Below, piece by piece: positions 11,528 through 23,949 of a stretch of 64,000 nucleotides of DNA; position 1 is the first letter of the stretch; each line of letters begins with the position of its first letter. This DNA comes from Octopus sinensis (Eukaryota): positions 191,146,001 to 191,210,000 of the forward strand of contig NC_042997.1 in NCBI RefSeq assembly GCF_006345805.1, read 5' to 3'. The position numbers were made by a program, and so were the translations under genes. The notes below the pieces were generated by a model. It had not been told where the DNA came from. It saw nothing but the letters and a program-made list of their open reading frames with translations, and did not search any database.

Positions 11528-12087
11528 CAAGTAATGATGCTGAATATTTTTTAAAAAATAGAAATAGTATTTTCTGCAAGTCAGGTTGCCTCAACTTGAC
11601 ATGTCTCAAAAAAAAAAAATATTTTCAAATGTGACATTCCACATTAAAAGATAATGAAAGTTCTGGGTGGATATATATGATTTGATGGACCTACATTTGA
11701 AAGAAACATCAGTAAGTCAGTCTTCCTACATACCTTTTTACAATAACAAATAGCAGGAAGTAGAAAATTAAAATAAATAAAATCACCTATCAAAATGCTC
11801 AACCAAATCTTGAAACTAAAGTTCAAATTACAAACCAAGTAAACAACTGTAAATGGTAAAAATCTTAAGTTTCAACGATATGTCACAATCAAGTGACTCA
11901 CTTGAAAATTTCTTGATATTTTATCTACACATGAAGCTAGTAGGCTCCACCTGATGTGTAATATCAGTGTGCATAGACAGAGTGTAAGCGTCCTGAGAGA
12001 AAAGTTGGACATTAGAAGCATCAGTTGTGGTGTGCAAGAGAGACAATGGCACTGGTATGGCCATGTGATGCATATGGATGAGGACAG

Positions 12088-12313
12088 AGCTGGCAGAAAC
12101 GTTAGCACGCCGGGCGAAATGCTTAGAGGCATTTCATCTGCCGCTACGTTCTGAGTTCAAATTCCGCCGAGGTCGACTTTGCCTTTCATCCTTTCGGGGG
12201 TCGATTAAATAAGTACCAGTTACGCACTGGGGTCGATATAATCGACTTAATCCGTTTGTCTGTCCTTGTTTGTCCCCTCTGTGTGTAGCCCCTTGTGGGC
12301 AGTAAAGAAATAA
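12088..12313 (+). mobile_element. tRNA-derived SINE family C inserted in the RTE ORF
   Basis: AGCTGGCAGAAACGTTAGC head, GAGTTCAAATTCC B box, GTCGACTTTGCCTTTCATCCTTTCGGGG core. Confidence 0.85.
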
Positions 12314-12604
12314 GTTGTGTGAAGAAGTGTCACACACTAACAGTGTAGGGAACCTGTGGAAGAGGTAGACCTAGGGAAGACATGGAACGAGGTGGTGAAG
12401 CACGACTTTCAAACGCTGTGCCTCACAGACAAGTGACTGAGGCCTTTGGGGATATGCCGTGCTTGAAAAGACCCAGCAAGCCAATAAGATTATAGTCATG
12501 GCCAATGCCAGTGTCACATAACTGGTCCATTTAAAAGCACCCTTCAATCGTTGGGCAATATACTGTGCTTGTGAAGATCTGCTGAACCGAGTGAAATCAT
12601 AGTT

Positions 12605-13365
12605 GTGACTGATGCCAGTGCCACCTGACTTGCGCCTGTGCTGGTAGCATGTAAAATGCACCATTTGAGTGTGGCCAATGCCAGTGCCACTAGACTGACA
12701 CTTAAAAAGCACCATTTGAGTGTGGCTGATGCCAGTACCACCTGACTGGAATCCATGCCAGTGGCACATAAAATGCACCATTTGAGTGTGGCTGATGCCA
12801 GTGCCACCTGACTGGCACCTGTGCCAGTGACATGTAAAAAGCACCATTTGAGTGTGGCCGATGCCAGTGCCGCTTGACTGGAATCCATGCCAGTGGCACA
12901 TAAAATGCACCATTTGAGTGTGGCCAATGCCAGTGCCACTAGACTGACACTTAAAAAGCACCATTTGAGTGTGGCTGATGCCAGTACCACCTGACTGGAA
13001 TCCATGCCAGTGGCACATAAAATGCACCATTTGAGTGTGGCTGATGCCAGTGCCACCTGACTGGAATCCATGCCAGTGGCACATAAAATGCACCATTTGA
13101 GTGTGGATGATGCCAGTGCCATTTGACTGGCACCCGTGCCAGTGACATGTAGAAAGCACCATTTGAGTGTGACCAATGCCAGTGCCGCCTGACTGAAATC
13201 CATGCCAGTGGCACATAAAAGGCATCGTTTGAGCACTGCTGATGCCAGTGCCACCTGACTGGCTCCCGTGTTGGTGGCACCTAAACTGGTATCCGTGCCA
13301 GTGACATGTAAAAAGCACCATTTGAGCATGGCCAACGCTAGTGCTGCCTGATGGCATGTAAAAGC
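12605..13365 (+). repeat. Minisatellite of about 12 units of 66 bp with 51-bp variants
   Basis: Unit TGGCTGATGCCAGTGCCACCTGACTGGAATCCATGCCAGTGGCACATAAAATGCACCATTTGAGTG. Identical 51-bp variants start at 12672 and 12921 (249-bp spacing). Confidence 0.9.
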
Positions 13366-13619
13366 ATCCACTACACTCTCAGAGTAGTTGGCATAGGAAG
13401 GGTATCTAGCTGTAGAAACCTTGCCAAATCAGATTGGAGCCATGTGCAGCCTCCCAGCTGGCCAGTTCTCAGTCAAACTGTCCAACCCATGCCAGCATGG
13501 AAAGCAGACATTAAATGACAGTGATGATGATGATCACAGTGTACAACTTATGGATCAAACTACAGGTGCACTAGCATATTAGATGCTCGATGCAATTTCA
13601 GCAATACATATTCAGCAAA

Positions 13620-13810
13620 TCAAGGTTGCAAGACAACGAAAATTTTAGGAAAATAAAAATAAAAATAAAAAAATAAGTGGAAATTTTACGGGTGAGTGTG
13701 TTACATTACAAGGCACAAAAAGAAAATGACTTCCCGCCCAGACACAACAGAATATGCTTCAACACACAAACTCATATGAAGAATCTTGCAAACGAAATCC
13801 AAAAATGAAA
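13620..13810 (+). repeat. Unclassified interspersed repeat family K
   Basis: Reverse-complement copies at about 40545-40745 and 57245-57400 (ACACTCACCCGTAAAATTTC...CTTGCAACC). Confidence 0.65.
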
Positions 13811-14604
13811 TAACACTATATGTTTATAAGAGATACTTTCTCAAGATGAATACCGCAGTTTAGTAAGGCTTTCAATATAGACACACCTTTCAATATTTAT
13901 ACAGATTGCTAATTTAGAAAAAAAGTATTTAACATGTGAAAAAACAAAAATGCAGTGATGTAGTTTATTATGCAAAAATGTTTAATTAGATTTAGGAATG
14001 CTGTCAAACAAGAGTTTTGTGTTAGTGTTTAGGTATGTTGTAAGATGTTTCTAACGGAAGAAAACTTGCTTGTCAGACACCTGAGAAGGAGATCAACAGG
14101 AACTAAAGAATGTGGCTAATTGAGAAATAAATTAATTTATAATTAATTTGGGTGCATGTGTGGTCGTGTGGTAAGAAGTTTTCTACCCAGTGGGTTCAGT
14201 TCCACCGTGCAGCATCTTGGATGAGCATTTTCTGCTATAGTTCAAGGTTGATGAAAGCCTTATGAGTAGATTTGGTACTCAGAATCCCAATGTGTGTGTG
14301 TGTGTGTGTGTGTCTGTGTGTGTTAGTGTCAGCTTCACTTGACATCATGTGATAGTAGTAAGCGAGTGTCAGCATCATGCAAGTGTTACCTTTTGTTTCC
14401 AGTCTACAGTGGAAACATGTTTGGCTTTGGGGAAATATTACCTTACTTTGAAGCAGGTGAGAGTTGGCAACAAGAAGGGCATCAAGTTATAGAAAACCTA
14501 TCTCACATAATTCCGTCCAACCCATGCTAGCATGGAAAAGTAGACGTTATGATGATGATGATGATGATGATGATGACAATGATGATCAATTCCAGTACTG
14601 GCTG

Positions 14605-14932
14605 AGACCCCCTTTGGTCATGACTGACCATGGGATTGCACCCAGAAAGTTACCCTCCCAGGCACAAGTCAGGTTGTTTATGGAAGACCAACAGTCGCCC
14701 ATGCATCCCAGCCTCTCCTCTCCACACCACCAGTGTTATCCAAGGGAAAGGCAGTAGCCGATACAGCTTGGCACCTGTGACGTCACAACTTATTTCTACA
14801 GCTGAATGAACTGGAGTAACGCGAAATAAAGTGTCTTGCTCAAGAACACAACACGCAGCCTGGTCCAGGATTCGAACTCACAACCTCGATTGTAAGCTCG
14901 ACGCTCTAACCACTGAGCCATGCGCCTTCACA
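14605..14932 (-). mobile_element. tRNA-derived SINE family H-like
   Basis: Minus strand TGGCTCAGTGGTTAGAGC and GAGTTCGAATCC. Its 3' part recurs at about 57075-57215. Confidence 0.75.
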
Positions 14933-16162
14933 ATTCCAGTGCTTGACTGGTGTTTTATTTTATTTATTGACTATGAATGTATAAAAAGCAAAGCTGATCT
15001 GAATGGAATTTGAACTCAGGACAGAGAGCCAGAAGGAATACTAAATACTACAAAACATTTTCTGATACTCTAATGATTCAGCCAAAACATTTCTCTAATT
15101 ATAACAGCAATAATGAAGATGATGTCACTAATATGAAAGTATTATTAATAAGTTATCTAAATAAGCTCACTGACAACTGCTTGAAGCAATAGACTGATAT
15201 ATAATGACAAACTGAAGCAGCTGTAGCTGATTATTAAGCTAATCACTAATGACCGTATCAATTAAAAAAAGAGAAATTCAAAACTTCTCTCTTTTTGAGC
15301 AGCTTATCCCTTTTTGACAACAATAGAAGTTTAGCTATCAAATTATCTCAGCAAAACAAAAGCAATAACCTAATTAAAAAGATTATATGGATTCTTAATT
15401 GAAAAGGAGACTTTTTCTTTTTTACCTGTCGAGAGACATTTATAGTATGCTAATTAAACAATTACCATGCCAACAAGACAACTGTTCGAAACAACAGTCT
15501 AAATTAAATTTTTTAATCCTTGCATTAATCTTTCTAATAACCAATTACCCTAACAGAAAGGGTGATGTCATTAAGGAGTACTTTGTACCCAGGTGGTCCA
15601 AGGTTCTGTACCGATACATGGGTTTAGTTAGGGGTGTCACTCAGCATAGGGTCAGGTTGACAAATATATTATGAGAGGAATTTGATAGGTGGAAACTGTG
15701 CAGAAGCTTATAATAGTCATGTGTATATCAATATCAAATTTCCATGCTGACAGGAGTTGAACAATTTGACAGGAGCCAGTAAAGCCAGAAGCCACAACAG
15801 GCTTTGTCTATTTTGCCATGGTTTTTACGGCTGGATGTCATTCCTAACACCAACCACTTTACAGAGTATACTGGGTGCTATATACGTGGCACCAGCATCT
15901 ATATATATGTACCAGTGCTGTGTAAAAACACCAGTGCCAGTGCTATAGAAAAGCACCTGTGCTGGTGCCACCCAGTACACTCTGCAAAGTGGTTGGCATT
16001 AGGAAGGGCATCCAGCAATGGAAACCATGTCAAAACAGTACCAATTGGAGCCTGGTGCAGCTCTCCGGCTGGTCAGTTCCTGTCAAACCATCCAACCCAT
16101 ACCAGCATGGAGAACGGACATTAAAAGATGATGATGAGTGTCTATCTATCTATCTATCTATC

Positions 16163-16194
<32 letters not shown>

Positions 16195-16400
16195 GTTAAT
16201 CCAAACAAGAAAGCACAAAAAAAACACAACGTGAGGACGTGGAACAAATATAGTATTATTAGACGCTCAGGAAAGAAAGAGGGTTTAACGTTTCGAGCAG
16301 AGCTCTTCGTCGGAAACATAGGAGAAGGAAAGATCCAAAGAAGGGAAGACAGAGGAAAAAAAAAAAAATCGCCAACGGTACACACGAAGGTCACATTTTA
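16195..16400 (-). mobile_element. Penelope-like relic between (TA)n tracts
   Basis: Carries a minimal hammerhead-like motif and shares CCTGAGCG...TAATA with the 24945 copy. Class assigned from the known PLE-hammerhead association; no RT or GIY-YIG sequence is seen. Confidence 0.5.
16283..16317 (-). ncRNA. Minimal type I hammerhead-like motif (core variant CCGACGA)
   Basis: GUUU-CCGACGA-A-GAGC(UCU)GCUC-GAAA-CGUU-AAAC. Confidence 0.5.
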
Positions 16401-16452
16401 AAATACATATATATATATACACACACACACACACATATATATATATACACAG

Positions 16453-17420
16453 AAGGCTGTACCAGGCTCCAATCTGATCTGGCAAGGTTTCTACAGCTGG
16501 ATGCCCTTCCTAATGCCAACCACTCCAAGAGTTTAGTGGGTGCTTTTTACATGCTACTGGCATGAGGGCCAGTCAGGCAGTACTGGCATCAACCACACTT
16601 GAATGGTACTTTTTATGTACCACCGGCCCAGGAGTCAGTCAGACGGCACTGGCAACGACTACGCTTGAATGGTGCTTTGTACGTGCCACTGGCACGCACA
16701 GGAGCAGTCAGGTGGCACTGGCATCGACTATCATGATGAATAAGAGGGGGCCAAGGACTGATTCTTGGTGGATTCTTACCTCTACCCAGAATTCTTCACT
16801 GTACTCATTGCCAACCCTCACCTTACTGACAGCATCCCTGTACATGGCTTGTACAGCTCTCACTAACCACTCATCTATCTCTAGTTTCCACATTGACCAC
16901 TAGATAAGGGATTGGGGGACCCTGTCAAAGGCCTTCTTCATGCCAATGAGGCTTATCTTTGGCTAGGTATTTCTTCTGAAGCTATCTGTAGAAATATAGC
17001 ATCAGTGGTGCTTTTCCCTGGCACAAACCCAAACTGCATCTCATCAAACTAACTCTCTCCTTAATTAGTTGGGCTATGACCCTCTCTGCAACTTTCATTA
17101 CTTGATCCAACAACTTGATACCTCTGTAATTATTCGTATCTAATGCGTCACCTTTACCTTTGTAGCAGTTGACTATAGTGCTGCTACACCAGTCACTTGG
17201 TATAAGTCCTTCATGTATCACTTGGTTGACTATACGGGTGACTAGTCTATAGCCGACACCGCCAGACATTTTAAGCATCTGCGGTGATTCCTGATGGGCC
17301 AGGAGCTTTCCTTGTGTTCATACCCTTAATTGCTTTATCTACCAAGGTCAATTCAGATAGCTGGTCCCTCTGTTGGGTTGACATTTGGCAGACTCTCTTT
17401 CTCCCATTCATTCTCCATTT
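16453..17420 (-). mobile_element. RTE-clade LINE relic: degraded RT fragment fused to the family B 3' UTR
   Basis: KAPGPSGIT..., IPSDWCSSTIVNCYKGKGDALDTNNYRGIKLL, QFGF, WLVRAVQAMY, HQESVLGPLLF across frameshifts; the body from about 16735 to 16453 is family B. Confidence 0.85.
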
Positions 17421-17438
17421 AGCAATCTTTGCAGTCTC

Positions 17439-17495
<57 letters not shown>

Positions 17496-18329
17496 GTGTG
17501 TGTGTATATATACATACACACACATGAAAGAGAGTAATGTGGAGCTGAGTCAAACTTGTTAAAAGCTTACAACACTAAATGTCATGAGTGCTATTTTTAT
17601 TTATTTGTCTGTATAAATTTGCTTTTACGTCTATTTTTACATGTTAGCATGGGTTAGATGTTGTTTTTCCAACTAACGCCTCTCCTGTCACTAATCCTGC
17701 CCTGCTTCTCAAGAAAGGGATATCTTACTCTGCACATCTCCACATGTTCAATGCCAGCAAATGATTTGTTAACAGAAGAAATAACGATAATATCACAGCT
17801 TATCGTTGAGCAGTTTTCAGCAAAATGCAAATGTAAACAAACACACACACACACACACACACACACAAAGCCATATGTCCTTCCTGTCACTAGTACTCAA
17901 CTGTTTCCAGGTAAGATACTGTTTTCTCAAAGAGTTTATTTAGATTATGTTTCCACTTGTTCAACACTTTATAACAAAATGAAATACAAAGATTAAGTAA
18001 GTACTTGTCAAAGTTTCAAAAGTAATATATATATAATAATAAAGAAATTATTGTATACAGTGCTCAAGTGCACCACAACTTGTCAGAAAGTGCATATAAA
18101 GTATATGCAGTAATGTACAGATGTCTGGAAAGCGAACAGTGTATATACACACACGTTTATATATTTGTTTTGCAAGATTCTTGATGTGAAATCGTGTATT
18201 GAAACAGATATTCTTGTATTTAGGAATGGTCATGTTGCCAGTTTAGCCAATAAAAACACACGCACTATATATTTGGTGTTAATTTGCTTCAGGTTTATTT
18301 ATTTTTTACATTAATCTTAATCTTATTTC

Positions 18330-18374
18330 GGCCAGAGTTCTTTCGTCACACTTCTGTGACCTCATCAGTGGTCC
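18330..18374 (-). ncRNA. Minimal type I hammerhead ribozyme motif with canonical core
   Basis: GG(A)CCA-CUGAUGA-G-GUCAC(AGAAGU)GUGAC-GAAA-G(AA)C-UC-UGGCC; predicted cut after CUC, between 18335 and 18334. Confidence 0.62.
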
Positions 18375-18426
18375 TTTGCTTTCTTCTTCCTTATTTGTGT
18401 GTCTCTCCTTACTAACGATCAGCCAT

Positions 18427-18463
<37 letters not shown>

Positions 18464-18465
18464 AA

Positions 18466-18689
18466 CAGACAAGAAAGTAATATTTCAAATGCAGTATAGC
18501 CATGAAAACAGCAGAAAGATTGAATATGTTATCCTTATATGAGAGAAAAAGTTGTCAGCATACAACCATGGGAGTCGAGCGGCACCTCCTAGATACCAGC
18601 TGAGTACTCTACCAATATAAGGGTACAATACCAAATCTATCTGCTGTTTTCATGGCTATACTGAATTGGAAGTATTACTTTCTCGTCTG
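18466..18689. mobile_element. MITE / foldback with about 75-bp imperfect TIRs
   Basis: Perfect 24-bp inverted core CAGTATAGCCATGAAAACAGCAGA (from 18492) and its complement (ending 18663), within longer matching arms. Confidence 0.75.
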
Positions 18690-19057
18690 TATATGATATG
18701 ATACACATTCAATAAAAACAGAAACAACACAGATATTGTTTTGAGCTGAGTGAGAGTGCTAGATGCCCTTGTTCAAAAATATAAGGACATAGATCGTGTC
18801 ATATAGCCAGCTGGAGACGATGTCTCCTGGGGCTAAATTATAGCAACATTCGTCCTAAACCAGGACTACCATGTTATGTTGTCAAATAATCTTTACTACC
18901 CAAAACAAGTTTGTTTACATATACATATATATATATATATATATATAATTGCGAAGATGATCCGGTTCTTGAGGGCTTCGAATGTCCCGTCCGTGTTTTT
19001 TGTGTCGTCTTCTAAATGTTTCACGTTCTTGTCCCAGTTTGTATATTTTTTTACTTT

Positions 19058-19097
<40 letters not shown>

Positions 19098-19110
19098 TAT
19101 AAGAAAAAAA

Positions 19111-19146
<36 letters not shown>

Positions 19147-19348
19147 ACATACATATATATAGCCTATGATCTAACAATATAACTTTAAGTGAAGATGATT
19201 CAGATCCTCAAGTGGGCTAATAAACTCCACATTAGTATAAACTAATAATTTAAAAGCCAAAACAGCTTCTCCTCAATCTCTTGACCTGCTAGTAGTAGCA
19301 GTCAAATTTGTCACAAATCACACCTTAATACTCTAATATATAAATATA

Positions 19349-19610
19349 TCATCATCATCATCATCATCATCATCGTTTAGCGTCCGCTTTCCATGCTAGC
19401 ATGGGTTGGACGGTTCAACTGGGGTCTGGGAAGCCAGAAGGCTGCACCAGGCCCAGTCTGATCTGGCAATGTTTCTACGGCTGGATGCCCTTCCTAACGC
19501 CAACCACTTCATGAGTGTAGTGGGTGCTTTTTATGTGCCACACGAGTCTGGCAAACGGCCATGATCGGATGGTGCTTTTTATGTGCCACTGGCACGGGGG
19601 CCAGGCAGAG
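19349..19610 (-). mobile_element. RTE 3'-UTR retrocopy (family B)
   Basis: (ATC)n tail plus well-preserved body. Confidence 0.8.
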
Positions 19611-21604
19611 ACATATTTAGTGATACAGTCATTTGACTAAAACACTTCGGGGTAAACAACAATTTTGTTAAGTTCTTATAATATTCCTATGGTTACAGGA
19701 AATTTTTGATGAGATGTGTATAGGTATAATGGCCATCTTCCTTTGGAAATATTGCTTTCTTATTTCAAAATCATAAAAAAAAAAAAATGCTTCGTATCTC
19801 ACAGTCTGTATTTTAAGGACGGTCTTTTATGATATAACCTGCAGAAAAGATAAAATATTTTATACCAGGAAAACTAATGACTTTGGTAGTTGCTTCTATA
19901 TTTTTTTTTCTTCAGCCTTCAGTTAGCTGTCACTGAGTAGATTTAGACAATTCAGCTATAACCAGTCTGGTATTTGGGAGATATTGAAAAAGAAGGAGGG
20001 GGGAGAAGAAGAGGAGTATGAGGAAGAGGAGAAGTATGAGGAGGAGTATGAGGAGGCGCCACCGCCGGCATCACCACTACTACTACTATGTTGTTGTCAT
20101 GTTCGTCGTCATTATCAATGTGTATACATCATATCCAAAATGTACTTTCTGCTCTTAGCCAGTAGGGTGTGATCTGAAAGACTTGGTTGCAATTTGTAGC
20201 AAATCAAGCAACCATGCAGAGGCTCCTTCATCGGCTTGCTGATAAATTTTATTATGATTGTGACATGGCTTGTTAAGATCATGACATCTATTTACAAATT
20301 GAACCAATTATCTGGCACTAGCGTCTAACTAGAATCAATTCATTTATATTATATTGCATAGGCATAGGAGTGGCTGTGTGGTCAGTAGCTTGCTTACCAA
20401 CCACATAGCAAAGCAGATATAATAAAACATCTTATCTTAAAATAGCTAAATAATTAAGAATTCCTAAATAATTACTTCTAATTAAGTCAAAACTTGTAAT
20501 AGGGTGTTGGATAAGATTGCAAACTTTTAGATTACATTTTATCTTTTTCTTGATTCAGTAATTTGACTGAAGCCATGCTGGAGCACTGCCTTGAAGGATA
20601 TTTTAGTCCAGCAAATAAACCCTAGTACTTAGGCTTTTTTGTAAAGACAAGTACTAATTCAATCAGTCTCTTTTGCTGAACCACTAAGTTATGGGGACAT
20701 CAACGAACCAAACTGATTGAATTATACATTAATCATTTTGTACTTGAGCACACTTTTTAAGGGCCTCCAATCCATACATCTCCACCTGTATGCATAAGCT
20801 TAGGCAAGGATTTTTGTGTGAAAGTCTAACAGTTGCCTATGTATGAGGATCTCCTATGCTCAGGCCACCAGTATTGTCCAAGGCTGATACAACTTACACC
20901 AGTATCATAATAGGTTTTGACATCAGAGTGCCACCACAAGTCTTTGCTTGTTTGATTGGCCCAGGGCTATAATAGAAGACACATGCTCAAGGCACCATGC
21001 AGTGGGACTGAACTCAAAACCAAGTGGCTGGCAAACAAACTTCTTGTCAGACAGCCATGCCTATATATAGATACAGTGGTATCTATATATAGCTAGGTAA
21101 ACTGGGCCATTTAAGAAATAAATGGCCATAGAAACCCAGAGAAAAATAAACCATTCAAATCAACCAACCATTCAATTCAACCATCTGTAACTCTCCAATG
21201 AAAATATATATTTAATAGCAAAATTTAATACATATCATTTTTCAGAATAGCTTAACAGGTTTTGTGCTAACAGAACATTAGCTTAATAAATCTTCTGTTG
21301 CTCTATGTCAAACACAATCTCTTTCAAAGATAATTATATTCTGAAGGTCATTGTTCCTCATACGAATATTATTGACATTTGGTTCAGGCATGGTTGTGTA
21401 GTTAAGAAGTTTGCTTTCAAACCATGCAGTTTCAGGTTCAATCCTACCATGTGACATTATGGACACGCATCTTCTACTATAGCCCCAGATCAACCAAAGC
21501 TTTGTAAATGTATTTGCTAGATGGCAACTGAAAGAAGCCCATAGTGTCTGTCTGTCTGTCTGTCTGTTTCTCTCTCTCACACACACATACACACGCAGAT
21601 AGAT

Positions 21605-21836
21605 ATATATTTCTTTACTACCCACAAGGGGCTAAACACAGAGGGGACAAACAAAGACAGACAATGGGATTAAGTCCATTACATCGACCCCAGTGAGTAA
21701 CTGGTACTTAATTTATCAACCCCAAAATGATGAAAGGCAAAGTCGACCTCGGCGGAATTTGAACTCAGAACACGGCAGACGAAATACGGCCACGCATTTC
21801 GCCCGGCGTGCTACGTTTCTGCCAGCTCGACGCCTT
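21605..21836 (-). mobile_element. SINE C
   Basis: Reverse complement of the family C head, core and tail. Confidence 0.85.
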
Positions 21837-23949
21837 TTATATAGATATAGCCTAGTGGTTAGGGTGTTGCACTTGCAATCTCACAATCGCAGTTTCAATT
21901 TCTTGATCGTGTGGTGTATTGTATTCTTGAACAAAACACTCCATCTCCTGTTGCTCTGCGATCACTTTGACACCTGTAACGTGGTGCATCTGTTCAGGCA
22001 ATGTCAATTTGAGCAGGGAATGAGTTAATGTACGGCACATACATTTGATCACTATAAACAAATCAGTTGTGCAGGTTGTTCGGCAAAAGCTGAATGCTTA
22101 TATATTGTCTTTGATGGGAGAGTTCATCATATATCATCATCATCATCATCATTTAACATCTCTCTCTTTTCTCTTTACTCTTTTATTTGTTTCAGTCATG
22201 TAACTATGGCCATGCTGGAGCACCACCTTTAGTCAAACAAATCGACCCCAAGACTTATTCTTTGTAAGCCTAGTACTTATTCTACTGATCAGATAATGAT
22301 TCATACAAGAGCATTAGTGTGGGTGCTTGTCCAAGGTACCCACATAGGGGGTGAGTTTAAATAGGTGGTTGGTAGGTAGATAGACAGATAGATAAATGGA
22401 TGGATTGATAGAGGGATAGATAGAAAGATGGATAGATACACAGATGGGGAGATAAACAGATGGATAGACACAGAAAGAAAGAGAAAATGTCAGTTAATTA
22501 AGGATAGACATAATATATTTTGTTTCATGAGTGTGTGTGTGTGTGTGTGTCCATGTTTGTTTGTATGTAAGTGTGTGTGTATGTGTCCATGTTTGTCTGT
22601 ATGTAAGTGTAAGACAGAGAGAGATTACACAACCAATTATTTGTTTTATTGGCAGAGTGTTTTATTTTTTTAATATTTCTATTCACACAGTTTTGCATGA
22701 TAAATCATGCCAAAATGCATAATGATTCTGACAATGATAATAATGGTGATGAAAATGAAGATAACAAGATAAAACTTGCTCAGCTGCCTGACTTTATCAA
22801 ACGACAGCAGTGGAACAAGGACAGCGAACAAGGAAGACTGGAGATTTCCTCTATCATCACGTAACCACTGTCAAAGATCAACTCATAATTGCTAATGAAA
22901 TTAAATGAATTTTTGCCGTGATATCTTTGCCAGTCACTTTGTAGATTGAACAGATCAGGTATTATATCTTGTGTGACAATTTCGGTTAGAACTTAACTTT
23001 TTATCAATATTTTTGCCATAGTCTTCTTATGTTTATTGTAATAGAATGTCCACGTTTAAGTGGGGATAAACATTAACTCTAAGTAAAAGAAAAATCAGTT
23101 TCTGTTTGATTAAAATAATGTGTAAATTTTTAACTGGGGGACGAGGACAAATGCTGAAAAGAGATCAAATGCTGAAAAGAGATCACACATTGAAAAGACG
23201 GGAGGAGGTGTCAAGTCATAAACCACAGAGAACCACCAATCAAAAGTCATGCCTAATGTATGTTGCTCTGTAAACTTGATATGTAATTGTCTTGTCACAC
23301 CTTGCCAGCTCATAAGTAAAAAATTTTAATATATTTAAAAAAAGAAAGAGGTGAAATGAAAATGTGTTTAAAAGCTAGCTAGATTCAGGTTAAAGTCCTA
23401 CTGTATGGTATCTTGGGCAAGTGTCTTCCACTACAGCCCCAGGCCAGCTAATGTTTTGCAAGTGAATCTGATAGATGGAAACTATGTGGAAACCCTTTGA
23501 CTTTTTTCTATCCAAAGGGGTTTTATAACTCAGAATTTAAATATTTTTCCCCGAGCGTCAAACACTTGCTTGTTATTTCTATACCTGTCTTCGTCTTTTG
23601 TCTTTCTATATATTTCAACCAATATTTATATAGCTTTATGTGATGTGTCTCGAGAGCCAATATTCCCCCCCCCCAAAAAAGGACCATTTCATGTTCTCTC
23701 AAAAGCTTATAAATTCTTTTGACATCAATGTACATATATGTATACGTGTGTGTATTTATGTTTACCCCCACTACCATCACAACCACATAAGAACTAGAGC
23801 AAATTTTTTTACATCTCTGTAACCTAGTGGTTTGGCAAAAGAGATTGATAAAATCTTAGGATAAAATATTAGTACTGGGACTGATTTCTTTGATCAAATC
23901 AGTGGTTCTCAACCATTTTTAATCTATGGACCCTTTGTTTCCTCCTTAA

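Larger units (their letters stand above)
11930..13535 (+). mobile_element. 5'-truncated RTE-clade LINE: ORF2 C-terminus, 3' UTR with minisatellite, (GAT)n tail
   Basis: MCNISV...LREKLDIRSISCGVQERQWHWYGHVMHMDEDR, then after a SINE insertion SCVKKC...RGRPRKTWNEVVKHD, followed by the family B body and tail. Confidence 0.85.

Noticed and set aside
12605-13365. Regular array that could look like CRISPR
   Set aside because: Units are contiguous variants of one sequence with no unique spacers, inside a eukaryotic LINE 3' UTR, and no cas genes are present.
18960-19045. Fourth hammerhead candidate in a (TA)n-flanked relic
   Set aside because: No CUGANGA/GAAA pair with compatible stems could be built on either strand.
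19984-20172. Glu-rich ORF
   Set aside because: Simple GAG/GAA and CTA repeats.
22649-22864. 71-aa plus-strand ORF with an acidic Asn/Asp stretch
   Set aside because: Composition comes from a short (AAT/GAT)-like repeat; no domain, and no convincing partner exons.
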